DNA of 12,495 nt from assembly GCA_043824255.1 (NCBI GenBank), contig JBDRTG010000041.1, positions 1 to 12,495 on the forward strand, in the 5' to 3' direction. This document shows positions 1-8,367 of the stretch, piece by piece. How positions within the stretch are numbered: position 1 is the first letter of the stretch; every line of letters starts with the position of its first letter. Origin of the DNA: a bacterium (GTDB taxonomy: Bacteria; JAHJDO01). Made by a program: the position numbers and the translations under genes. The notes under the pieces were generated by a model. It was not told where the DNA came from. It worked only from the letters and a program-made list of their open reading frames with translations, and searched no databases.

Positions 1-15
1 GCATGACTTTTCCTT
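1..15 (-). CDS. Probable start (RBS + ATG) of a divergently transcribed gene running off the left edge
   Basis: Minus strand reads AAGGA-AAAGTC-ATG (RBS at 15-11, ATG at 4-2), about 50 nt downstream of a near-consensus minus-strand promoter. Only one codon is visible. Confidence 0.45.
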
Positions 16-26
16 TTTGTTTTGGT

Positions 27-55
27 TGTAACTTATTGTTTAAGAGCCAGTTACA
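27..55. promoter_or_regulatory. Palindromic site TGTAACT-N15-AGTTACA (copy 1)
   Basis: Perfect 7-bp inverted arms at 27-33 and 49-55 with a 15-bp spacer. Confidence 0.45.
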
Positions 56-82
56 TTATATCAAGGCTGGAGGAAAAGTCAA
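55..82 (-). promoter_or_regulatory. sigma70-type promoter, minus strand
   Basis: Reverse complement gives TTGACT (82-77), 16 bp spacer, then TATAAT (60-55) preceded by TGA, i.e. an extended -10 (TGnTATAAT). Confidence 0.7.
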
Positions 83-94
83 GAAATTAATGTT

Positions 95-123
95 CGTAAC
101 TTTCTGTCTAACAGTGAGTTGTG
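95..123. promoter_or_regulatory. Palindromic site CGTAACT-N15-AGTTGTG (copy 2, imperfect)
   Basis: Same GTAACT left arm and same 15-bp spacing as 27-55; right arm AGTT followed by mismatches. Confidence 0.35.
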
Positions 124-138
124 AATTTTACAGGAGAC

Positions 139-161
139 TATAATAACAAAAACAAAGGAGG
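139..161 (+). promoter_or_regulatory. Candidate -10 box and Shine-Dalgarno of the tad operon
   Basis: TATAAT at 139-144 with no well-spaced -35 (TTGTGA at 119-124 is only 14 bp away); AGGAGG at 156-161, 8 nt before ATG 170. Confidence 0.5.
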
Positions 162-169
162 GAAAAAAG

Positions 170-1528
170 ATGAACACTAAGCAGAAGACCAGATTGGTCG
201 GAGTATGGACAGCAGCGATCTGCATCCTATTTATGGGGAGCGTTGTCTACGGACAGAAAGCGATTACTGTTTCTGTTGGGCAGCAGCAGGTAGTGGATGT
301 GAAGAAGTTGGCGCGTGTTTCAGTTGGAGATGATAAAGTAGCTAATGTTCAGGTGGTTGCTGGTGGTGAGCAGATAATTATTACAGGCATAAAAGTTGGA
401 ACTACAGATCTTATTATATGGGACAGCAAAGAGAAAAAAGTTACCCATGCTATCTATGTTATTTCAAGAGACCCAAGGCAGTTTGCTGAAGAAGTTCGTC
501 AGTTATTAAGCGATGTAGAAGGAATAAAAGTCAAGGTAGTCGGGGGTAAAGTGGTTATTGATGGATCCGTTTTGACTGCTTCTGATAAAGGAAGAGTAGA
601 AAAAGTTGCTGCAGCATACCCAGAGGTAATAAATCTGGTAAAGATACGTACCGGGATTCACAATGAAATTCTGGCAGAGGAAATTAAAAAGAATATCGGT
701 ATCCCAAATGTGAATGTTAAGATCATTGGAAACAGGGTTATTCTGAGAGGTTTTGTAGTGGGAGAAGAAGAGTCCAAGGAGGTTGAAAAAATAGCAGGTG
801 CATTTGCTGAAAACGTTATCAATCTTCTAAAAGTAAAAAAGGTTATGATTGAAATAGATGTCAAATTTGCAGAAATAAACGCTGCAGCAGGAAAGGATAT
901 GGGAATGAACCTGCTTGGAGGCACATTGGCTGGCGGAGCAGGTCTTGCAAGTACAGGGGGAGCCGGACCCAGCTGGAATATAGGATATAACCTGACCAAG
1001 GCGTTAAATTTCACTCATTCTAAGGGGAATGCTACTATAAGGAAGTCTTTGCATCAGTCTGCATTAAGCGGCGGAGAAGCTGTTTTTGAACATGGAGGCG
1101 AAATTGGATATAAAGTGGCAGGAAGCGGTTCTGCAGATGTTAAATGGAAGAAGTATGGAATGCTGCTTAAGGTTAAGCCGGAGGTAGACAGTTTTGGAGA
1201 GGTAACTATGCATATCAATCTGGAGGTCAGTCAGATTGATCCTACGGTTGAGGATAGAACAGGACTTAAGGTTTATCGTTCTGAGTCTGATGTAGTTATT
1301 AAACCGGGCCAGTCAGTGATTCTTTCAGGTGTTACAGATGTGCTTGCTTCAGATTTCAAAAAGTACACTCCTGGTATAGGACAAATCCCGGTATTGGGAC
1401 TGCTCTTTTCCAAGAAGCAGGCAGCAAAAGAGAAGAAACAGATTATAGTTCTGGTAACGCCTACTACTCCGACTTTTATTCCTGCTCAAAAAACAGGAAA
1501 GGCCATGCAACTGCTACAGGGTGAATAG
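170..1528 (+). CDS. cpaC: Tad/Flp pilus secretin CpaC/RcpA with pilus-formation N-domain and two BON-like domains
   Basis: N-terminal signal peptide; N-domain motif RVSVGDDKVANV...IIITGIKVGTTDLIIWD; two BON-like repeats (VKVVGGKVVIDGSV...VINL; VKIIGNRVILRGFV...VINLL); secretin C-domain (IEIDVKFAEI, SGGEAVFEHGGEI, KKYGMLLKVKP, PGIGQIPVLGLLF, IIVLVTP). Adjacent to cpaF/tadB/tadC. Confidence 0.92.
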   Translation: MNTKQKTRLVGVWTAAICILFMGSVVYGQKAITVSVGQQQVVDVKKLARVSVGDDKVANVQVVAGGEQIIITGIKVGTTDLIIWDSKEKKVTHAIYVISRDPRQFAEEVRQLLSDVEGIKVKVVGGKVVIDGSVLTASDKGRVEKVAAAYPEVINLVKIRTGIHNEILAEEIKKNIGIPNVNVKIIGNRVILRGFVVGEEESKEVEKIAGAFAENVINLLKVKKVMIEIDVKFAEINAAAGKDMGMNLLGGTLAGGAGLASTGGAGPSWNIGYNLTKALNFTHSKGNATIRKSLHQSALSGGEAVFEHGGEIGYKVAGSGSADVKWKKYGMLLKVKPEVDSFGEVTMHINLEVSQIDPTVEDRTGLKVYRSESDVVIKPGQSVILSGVTDVLASDFKKYTPGIGQIPVLGLLFSKKQAAKEKKQIIVLVTPTTPTFIPAQKTGKAMQLLQGE

Positions 1529-1531
1529 TGA

Positions 1532-3229
1532 ATGAAGATAATTATTAAAGAAGCTTCAGGTAAGGAAAGAATTTTTGAATTAAAGCAGGAAACTGTAAGC
1601 ATTGGCAGAGAAAAAGACTGTGATTTGATGATTTCTGATCCAAGGGCTTCAAGACATCATACCAGTCTTAGACTGAAGGATGGTCAGGTCTATATTAAAG
1701 ATTTGAGCAGCGGCAACGGCACATATCTTAATGGAAAAAAAATGGCTAAGGAAGAGCTTTGGCCGCTGGGAGCAGAAGTCAAAATAGGGCACTTGAGCAT
1801 GGTTTTAGAAGATGCAGGTATTTCTGAGAGTAGCTTGCAGGAAGATAAGAAAGATAAAGATGAGGATGAAAAGACAGAGGTAAAACAAGTTCGTGTACCA
1901 GCACCTGCATCCATGCCTTCTGATAAAGCAGCTTCTAAAGGGAAGGTTAGCCAGCTTTCTGATATAAGAATCAAAATTCATGAGCAGCTCATTCAGCGTA
2001 TTGACTTAAAGAGTTTAACATTTGAAAAAGGAAAGGAGCAGGAAGTCAGGAACCGCACTGAAAAAGCTGCTAGAGGCATAATCAAGGAAATGGCTGGCTC
2101 TATTCCTAAGTGGGTGGATATAGAGGATCTGGTAAAGGATGTGCTGGATGAAGCGCTGGGTTTAGGCGCTCTGGAGGATTTATTGAGTGATGATGATGTA
2201 ACAGAAATAATGGTTAACAGAAAGGATCAAATTTATATTGAAAAGAAGGGCAAGCTTCAACTTTGCGAGAAAACCTTTGCCAGTGATGAACAGGTCATGG
2301 CTGTGATAGAGAGAATAGTAGGGCCTATTGGTCGCAGAATAGATGAAAGCATGCCTCTGGTAGATGCAAGATTAAAGGATGGGTCCAGAGTAAATGCGAT
2401 TATTCCACCTCTAGCTTTAAAAGGACCTAGCATAACTATCCGAAAATTCTCCAAAACTCCTTTTACTATAGACGATTTAATTGGTTTTGGAACGTTAAAT
2501 AAAGATACTGCAGAGTTCCTTAAGATATGTGTGCTTTCACGTAAAAACATTATTATATCAGGAGGAACGGGATCAGGAAAGACAACACTGCTTAACGTAG
2601 TGTCTTCCTATATTCCTAAAGACGAAAGAATAGTAACTATTGAAGATGCTGCAGAGCTTAAGCTGCCGCAGGAGCATGTTGTTTCTCTGGAAGCCCGGCC
2701 TCCAAATATTGAAGGTAAAGGAGCCATTGCTATCAGGGATCTGGTAAAGAATGCACTTCGTATGCGTCCTGATAGGATAGTGGTAGGAGAATGCAGGGGT
2801 GGAGAGGCTCTGGACATGCTTCAGGCTATGAACACTGGCCATGATGGCTCTCTTACTACTGCTCATGCCAACTCTCCTCGTGATGTTCTTTCGCGTCTGG
2901 AAACTATGGTCTTGATGTCGGGTATGGATCTGCCTGTAAGAGCTATCAGAGAACAAGTATCCTCAGCCATTAACATAATAGTTCAGGAGGCTCGTTTGAG
3001 TGATGGAAGCCGCAGGATTGTTGCTGTGACCGAAGTTACAGGCATGGAGGGCGAGGTAATTACTTTACAGGATATTTTTGTTTTTAAGCAAACAGGAATT
3101 GGCCAGGATGGTAAAGTGCAGGGAGCTTTTGTAGCTACTGGCAATATTCCAAGTTTTGTTCCTCAATTGGAAGCAAAGGGAATGCGTCTGGATATGAAGA
3201 TATTTGGGGAAGAGAGGACTGGAAAGTGA
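1532..3229 (+). CDS. cpaF: FHA domain-CpaF/TadA pilus assembly ATPase fusion
   Basis: N-terminal FHA (IGR...SRHH...DLSSGNGT), acidic/Pro linker, then CpaF core: GLGALEDLL..VTEIMVN, VDARLKDGSRVNA, Walker A GGTGSGKTT, Asp box TIEDAAEL, Walker B LRMRPDRIVVGECRG, His box NTGHDGSLTTAHAN. Confidence 0.96.
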   Translation: MKIIIKEASGKERIFELKQETVSIGREKDCDLMISDPRASRHHTSLRLKDGQVYIKDLSSGNGTYLNGKKMAKEELWPLGAEVKIGHLSMVLEDAGISESSLQEDKKDKDEDEKTEVKQVRVPAPASMPSDKAASKGKVSQLSDIRIKIHEQLIQRIDLKSLTFEKGKEQEVRNRTEKAARGIIKEMAGSIPKWVDIEDLVKDVLDEALGLGALEDLLSDDDVTEIMVNRKDQIYIEKKGKLQLCEKTFASDEQVMAVIERIVGPIGRRIDESMPLVDARLKDGSRVNAIIPPLALKGPSITIRKFSKTPFTIDDLIGFGTLNKDTAEFLKICVLSRKNIIISGGTGSGKTTLLNVVSSYIPKDERIVTIEDAAELKLPQEHVVSLEARPPNIEGKGAIAIRDLVKNALRMRPDRIVVGECRGGEALDMLQAMNTGHDGSLTTAHANSPRDVLSRLETMVLMSGMDLPVRAIREQVSSAINIIVQEARLSDGSRRIVAVTEVTGMEGEVITLQDIFVFKQTGIGQDGKVQGAFVATGNIPSFVPQLEAKGMRLDMKIFGEERTGK

Positions 3230-4083
3230 TGCAGATAGTCGAGCTATTAATACTCGGGCTTACATTTTTAGCAGTGTTTATACTGGCACAGGCAGGTTAT
3301 CGGGTTTTTAAGAAGGGAGTTAAGCAGTATGAGAAGAAAGTAGCTGCAGGTACTGAAAAAGAACTGGATGAGATGTTTGTTTTTGTTTCAGCAGAGAAGA
3401 TTGCTTATTTTAGTATTCTTGGTGTTCTGGTTATGGCAATGATAGGGTACCTGCTCAGTCATAGTTTGCTAATATGCCTAGCGTTTGGAGCCATTGGATT
3501 CTCTCTGCCAAGAATTTATCTCAGACAGTTAAAGAAGAATCGCAAGAAAAAGTTTGATACCCAATTAACAGGGGCTTTAACAACGGTGTCAAATTCTCTT
3601 AAGGCAGGTTTAAGTCTGCAACAAGCACTGGATTTTTTAATTAAGGAATCTGAGGCTCCTTTGTCTCAGGAATTTAGTCTGGTTATCCGGTCTACTAAGC
3701 TAGGGGTTTCAATGGAAGAAGCTTTGGAAAGATTGGGAAAGAGAATGCCCAGTGAACAGATGGAATTGGTTGTCACCTCAATTAATATCTCCAGGCAATT
3801 AGGGGGTAATCTTTCTGAGATATTTGACAGAATTGCAAATACAATAAGGGAGAGAGATAAAATGCATGGCAAGATTGCTGCACTCACATCTCAGGGCAAG
3901 ATGCAGGGATTGGTAGTAGGCTTGCTTCCTATAGGGCTTGGCATAATAATGTATTTTCTGGACCCGGCAACAATGAAGATAATGTTTACTTCTGCTATTG
4001 GCTGGGCGTTTCTTGTAACTGTGGTTTTCCTGGAGCTAATAGGTGGATTCCTGATTTATAAGATTGTTAATATTGATGTGTAA
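3226..4083 (+). CDS. tadB: TadB-like T2SS F-family inner-membrane platform protein (start GTG 3226 or ATG 3229)
   Basis: FDTQL..AL...NSLKAGLSLQQAL, PLSQEF, GGNLSEIFDRIANTIRER, ALTSQGKMQG; several TM segments; TGATG stop/start overlap with cpaF. Confidence 0.92.
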   Translation: MMQIVELLILGLTFLAVFILAQAGYRVFKKGVKQYEKKVAAGTEKELDEMFVFVSAEKIAYFSILGVLVMAMIGYLLSHSLLICLAFGAIGFSLPRIYLRQLKKNRKKKFDTQLTGALTTVSNSLKAGLSLQQALDFLIKESEAPLSQEFSLVIRSTKLGVSMEEALERLGKRMPSEQMELVVTSINISRQLGGNLSEIFDRIANTIRERDKMHGKIAALTSQGKMQGLVVGLLPIGLGIIMYFLDPATMKIMFTSAIGWAFLVTVVFLELIGGFLIYKIVNIDV

Positions 4084-4085
4084 AA

Positions 4086-5003
4086 ATGTTTAATATATTA
4101 GTTTTAATAATAATTTACAGCTTTTTCTTTATTGCTTTCTATTTAATAGGCGCAGGCATACTCTCGTTATTTGAGAAAAAGGAAGAGGAGGCGATAGATC
4201 TGGATATGTTAGGTCAGCTTGAGAAAAAAAGAGAAAAGTTTATGCGTGCCTATCCATTATATCGCTTCTTAATGCCATGGGTCGGGAAAGTAGCGAAATT
4301 TCACGAGCGGTTTGGGCTTAAAGAATATCAGAATAATATCACGCGAAAACTAACCTCATCTGGAAATCCAGGCGCTATAAGCGCTCTAGAATTTTTGGCC
4401 ATAAAAGAATTACTATTAATATTTGCGCCAATCGTCGGGCTTTTAATACTTAAGATGCTATCTATTGAAATTGCATGGTATTATATTATCCTGTTCATGC
4501 TTGCTTATTTTTATCCTGATCAATGGTTGAAGGATCAGATTAAGAAAAGGCATAAGGGGATCTGGAGAGGACTTCCTTACAGTCTGGACTTGATAACTCT
4601 TTCAGTAGAGGCAGGATTGGATTTTTCAGCAGCTATTAATAAAGTGGTTGACAAGATGAAAGCAGGTCCACTCGTAGAGGAGCTTTTTCATATGCAGCAG
4701 CAGATTAAGCTTGGTTCAACAAGGCGCGACGCTTTAAAAGCAATGGCAGACAGAGTTAATATGCCGGATCTTTCTGCTATTTGCACATCGCTTATACAGG
4801 CAGATCAACTGGGAACAAGTCTTGGGCCTATACTCAGGGTCTTATCTGATCAGATGCGGACCAAGAGGATGCAGATAGCAGAGAAAACAGCAATGCAGGC
4901 CCCAGTAAAAATGCTGCTGCCTCTTGTAGGATTTATCTTTCCAGCAGTTTTTGTAATGCTTTTTGGACCTATTATTATAAAGCTTTTGCAGGGTGGATTC
5001 TAG
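4086..5003 (+). CDS. tadC: TadC-like T2SS F-family inner-membrane platform protein
   Basis: LPYSLDLITLSVEAGLDF, G..RRDAL..MADR, LIQADQLGTSLG..LR, AEK.A...PVKMLLPL..FIFP; follows tadB. Confidence 0.92.
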   Translation: MFNILVLIIIYSFFFIAFYLIGAGILSLFEKKEEEAIDLDMLGQLEKKREKFMRAYPLYRFLMPWVGKVAKFHERFGLKEYQNNITRKLTSSGNPGAISALEFLAIKELLLIFAPIVGLLILKMLSIEIAWYYIILFMLAYFYPDQWLKDQIKKRHKGIWRGLPYSLDLITLSVEAGLDFSAAINKVVDKMKAGPLVEELFHMQQQIKLGSTRRDALKAMADRVNMPDLSAICTSLIQADQLGTSLGPILRVLSDQMRTKRMQIAEKTAMQAPVKMLLPLVGFIFPAVFVMLFGPIIIKLLQGGF

Positions 5004-5355
5004 AAGGACAACTATAGTGGTCAGCTTTGGCAATAATCAGATTTTAGGACAAGGTGTGGTGGTTGCAGATACGTGGCAGATGAGAACTAAGGGGCTAATT
5101 GGACATGCTAAACTTGATTCTGGAGAGGGTTTGCTGATTAAAAACTGCAAAGCCATACATACGTGGTTTATGAGGTTCCCGATTGATGTGGTTTTTATGG
5201 ATAAGAATTATTGTGTTGTAAAGACTATATCTCAGTTAAAACCATTTCGGCTGACCTTCGGAGGAAGAAGCGCACAGCACGTGCTGGAACTTCCCTCTGG
5301 TGCCATTAATAGCGCTCAGGTTCGTATAGGAGATATGGTTAATGCCAAAATATAA
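4993..5355 (+). CDS. DUF192-family protein (true start may be GTG 5017)
   Basis: VADT..R.KGL.G, GLLI, IHTWFMRFPIDVVFMD, VLELP.G, GD motifs typical of DUF192; AAGGA at 5004-5008 is 8 nt before in-frame GTG 5017. Confidence 0.85.
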   Translation: MDSRRTTIVVSFGNNQILGQGVVVADTWQMRTKGLIGHAKLDSGEGLLIKNCKAIHTWFMRFPIDVVFMDKNYCVVKTISQLKPFRLTFGGRSAQHVLELPSGAINSAQVRIGDMVNAKI

Positions 5356-6391
5356 GATTTCTATAGGAAACGGGTTAAAAGCAGGGGAATGTTTTGAGTT
5401 TGATAATGAACCCTGTACTATTGGAAGAGTGCAGGATAATAATATTGTATTGGAAGGGAATGATACGGTCTCTCGTCATCATGCCAAGATAGTTTTAGAA
5501 GATGAAAAATTGATATTGGTTGACCTGGAGAGCAAGAATGGCACAAAGGTAAATGACAGGAAAGTATCGCGCCAGGAGTTGAAGGATCGTGATAAAATTG
5601 AAGTTGGAGGAGTTGGTCTTGTTTTGGAGTTAATTCCTGAGCAGGTTAATTCATCGGAAGGGGCTAGTGCAACGATAGTCGGGGAGGAAGTGCCTGAACA
5701 AGACGAAAAAACCGAGTATTTCACTGTTAACCCTGTGTCTGCCCCTCTCTCGCCAGCAGAACCTAGTATCTCCCAAAAAGCTCAAGAATCCAAAGAAAAA
5801 ATTCTCTCCAGTATAAACGCTCTAGCTCATGATAAGAAAAACATTACAAAGATTATACTCATAGTAGCTGCAATATCCGGTCTAATTTATGTGCTTCTGC
5901 CAGGGCACAAGTCTCCCGAAAAAAGCCAGGGGGAGCTAAGTACTGAAAAACCCCGGATAGTAGAAAAAATTGATAGAGGAACCGGTGAACCCGTTGGGAA
6001 TATTAGAGATAAAGCAAAAGAGGCTTTTAAATATGGAGAAGCTCTTTATAATGAGCGCATGATAAGTTATGAAAATACCTATAAGGCAATTGAAGCATAT
6101 CAAAAGTCTCTGGCTTATCAGAGACATCTGGAGCCAAAGCCGGATTATTTTCATCAGACGCTCCTGAATCTAAAGGAAGCTAAGGAATGCCTGGACAGCG
6201 AATATCGCATTCATAAGTTTGAAGCTGAAAAGGCTATTCGTGTGAAAGATTGGAAACAGGTTAAAAAAGAGCTCAAAATATGTATGGCTTTGATATCTGA
6301 TAGAAAGGATGAGAAGTATAAAACAGTGCTAAAACGTCTAAAGCAGGTAGAGGAACATTTAGCAAAAGGATCAGCAGAGGGAAAAAGATGA
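5342..6391 (+). CDS. FHA domain - single TM - helical/TPR-like membrane protein
   Basis: FHA (IGR...VSRHH...DLESKNGT), acidic/Pro linker, TM IILIVAAISGLIYVLL, C-terminal TPR-like helices (AKEAFKYGEALY...KAIEAYQKSL). Confidence 0.82.
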   Translation: MPKYKISIGNGLKAGECFEFDNEPCTIGRVQDNNIVLEGNDTVSRHHAKIVLEDEKLILVDLESKNGTKVNDRKVSRQELKDRDKIEVGGVGLVLELIPEQVNSSEGASATIVGEEVPEQDEKTEYFTVNPVSAPLSPAEPSISQKAQESKEKILSSINALAHDKKNITKIILIVAAISGLIYVLLPGHKSPEKSQGELSTEKPRIVEKIDRGTGEPVGNIRDKAKEAFKYGEALYNERMISYENTYKAIEAYQKSLAYQRHLEPKPDYFHQTLLNLKEAKECLDSEYRIHKFEAEKAIRVKDWKQVKKELKICMALISDRKDEKYKTVLKRLKQVEEHLAKGSAEGKR

Positions 6392-8361
6392 AATTTTTTA
6401 TCATTAAAGAAAAAGAAAAATTAGTCCAAGAGTTATCTTTGGAAGACGGAGTATATCTCATTGGAAGAAAGGAAGAAAATCGCATAGTTCTTCCTGATAA
6501 GAGTGTTTCAAGACAACATGCCCAATTAGAAATTAAGGCAGAGAATGTGACTATCCAGGATTTGGACTCTGCTAATGGGGTCTTTGTAAATGGGGAACAA
6601 ACAGAAAAAGAGACCATTAATGAAGGAGATACTGTTCAGATCGGGAAATATAGTCTAGAACTAAAAGGTGACGATGAAGAAAAAACCAGAATGGCGCCTG
6701 GGTCTTATACGTCTCCAAAATATAGACTGATGTTAATGGAAGGGGAGAGAGTTAAAGAGGAGTATCAGTTGGACGAAGATGAATTGACTATTGGCAGGGC
6801 TGAAGAAAATAAAATAGTCCTTAAAAATGAGACAGTATCCCGGAAACATGCCATAGTTAAGAAGGAGAATAATCAATATAAAATAGCAGACCTTGGAAGC
6901 AGCAATGGGACTTTTGTTAATAATAAGAAGATCAAGGAAAAAGTGCTCTCTAAAGGAGATGAAATTAAAATTGGGAAATTTGTTCTGAAGTTTGTAACAG
7001 AGGGGTCATGTCCAGAACCAGGTCTGCTTGTGGAGGCATGGAATAAACCACCCATAAGATTAGGAATAATTGGGTTTGGCGTCGTCTTGGCTATTATATT
7101 AATCATGAGCCTTATTCCAACTCGTTCTCCGGAAAAGAGGGGCATAATTGAGGTCTCAGATAATACTGTTGCAAATCTCATCAAACAGGGTAAAAAATTA
7201 CACGAAGCAGACCAAAAAATCAAAGCGCTGGAAGTTTTTAACAAAGTTTTGCAGATGGATCCGGATAATCTTGATGCGCAGATCTATGTGGAAAAATCAA
7301 GAGGTGATGAAGCGATTGCTCGCTATCTTACACGAGGTCTTGAACTTTATCAAAAAGCTCAATGGGAAAATGCTCTGCGCCAGTTTGAAAGAGTATTGAG
7401 CCTGGATCCTGAGAACAGCAGAGGAATAGAATACTTTAACAAGACCAAGAAAGAAATCCAGGTTCAAAAAGCTCTTAAACTGGCAGATGAGTATATCATT
7501 GCTGAGGAACTCCTTAAAGCGCAGACAGAGTTGAACAATGCGCTTGATTTAAAACCTGAAGACGCTCATATAAAGGAAAAGCTGAATCTTGTTGAACATA
7601 AGCTGCTGTCTCTTAGACACTTTGAAAAAGGGAAGGGTTGTTTTGAGAAAGGGGATTATGAGAATGCCTTAGTAGAGCTAGAAAAAATATCTGCACAATC
7701 TAAATATACCGACGAAGCCAAAAGATTGGTAGCTCAGATTGGGGATCTGCAAAAAGCAGAAAAGCTTTTTGCCCAGGCAAAGAAACTCTATCAAAAAGGA
7801 AGTGCTTCTCAAGCCATTGAGTTAATGCAAATGGTATTAGATATAAACAAAGATTATACAGAGGCGCAGGAGTTTCTGGATAAAGTGAAGAATGTTACTC
7901 AGGCATTTAACAAGGGCATGTCTTTTTCCGCCAGTCAGCAGCTTATGAAAGCTGTTGATGAGTGGCGGCAGGTGCTTTCTCTGGAACAGGACAAAGATAA
8001 TTTCTATCATGCAGAGGCTATCCAGTATATTAAAACAGTGAGGCCTTATCTAATAGAAACACTTCAACAGCATATGGAGAAAGGCAAGAATTTTGTTCAG
8101 GAGGAAAAGTTCAAGGCAGCTCTTTTAGAATTTCAGTTTGTCCTGACAGTAGAGCCTGATCATAAAGAAGCTCTGGAGAATATTAATGAGCTTCAGGTTC
8201 ATATAAAGGAGAAAGCCAGAGAATTGTACATTCAGGGATACACTCTTAAGGATATTAATATCAATAGAGCTGTAGAAAAATGGAAGCAGGTACTGGAGAT
8301 AGCATCTCCTGAGGATGAGTATTACACAAAAGCCAAAAAACAAATTAAAAAACATAGGTGA
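6388..8361 (+). CDS. Tandem FHA-FHA - single TM - multi-TPR membrane protein
   Basis: Two FHA domains (IGR..SRQH..SANG; IGR..SRKH..SSNGT), TM LGIIGFGVVLAIILIMSLI, many TPR units (e.g. ALEVFNKVLQMDPDNLDA, ALRQFERVLSLDPEN, ALLEFQFVLTVEPDHKEA); ATGA overlap with the previous gene. Confidence 0.88.
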   Translation: MKFFIIKEKEKLVQELSLEDGVYLIGRKEENRIVLPDKSVSRQHAQLEIKAENVTIQDLDSANGVFVNGEQTEKETINEGDTVQIGKYSLELKGDDEEKTRMAPGSYTSPKYRLMLMEGERVKEEYQLDEDELTIGRAEENKIVLKNETVSRKHAIVKKENNQYKIADLGSSNGTFVNNKKIKEKVLSKGDEIKIGKFVLKFVTEGSCPEPGLLVEAWNKPPIRLGIIGFGVVLAIILIMSLIPTRSPEKRGIIEVSDNTVANLIKQGKKLHEADQKIKALEVFNKVLQMDPDNLDAQIYVEKSRGDEAIARYLTRGLELYQKAQWENALRQFERVLSLDPENSRGIEYFNKTKKEIQVQKALKLADEYIIAEELLKAQTELNNALDLKPEDAHIKEKLNLVEHKLLSLRHFEKGKGCFEKGDYENALVELEKISAQSKYTDEAKRLVAQIGDLQKAEKLFAQAKKLYQKGSASQAIELMQMVLDINKDYTEAQEFLDKVKNVTQAFNKGMSFSASQQLMKAVDEWRQVLSLEQDKDNFYHAEAIQYIKTVRPYLIETLQQHMEKGKNFVQEEKFKAALLEFQFVLTVEPDHKEALENINELQVHIKEKARELYIQGYTLKDININRAVEKWKQVLEIASPEDEYYTKAKKQIKKHR

Positions 8362-8367
8362 TTATTT

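Noticed and set aside
1..169. Riboswitch or ncRNA (e.g. c-di-GMP) in the tad leader
   Set aside because: No recognisable aptamer consensus; the candidate -10 at 139-144 leaves only a ~20-nt leader.
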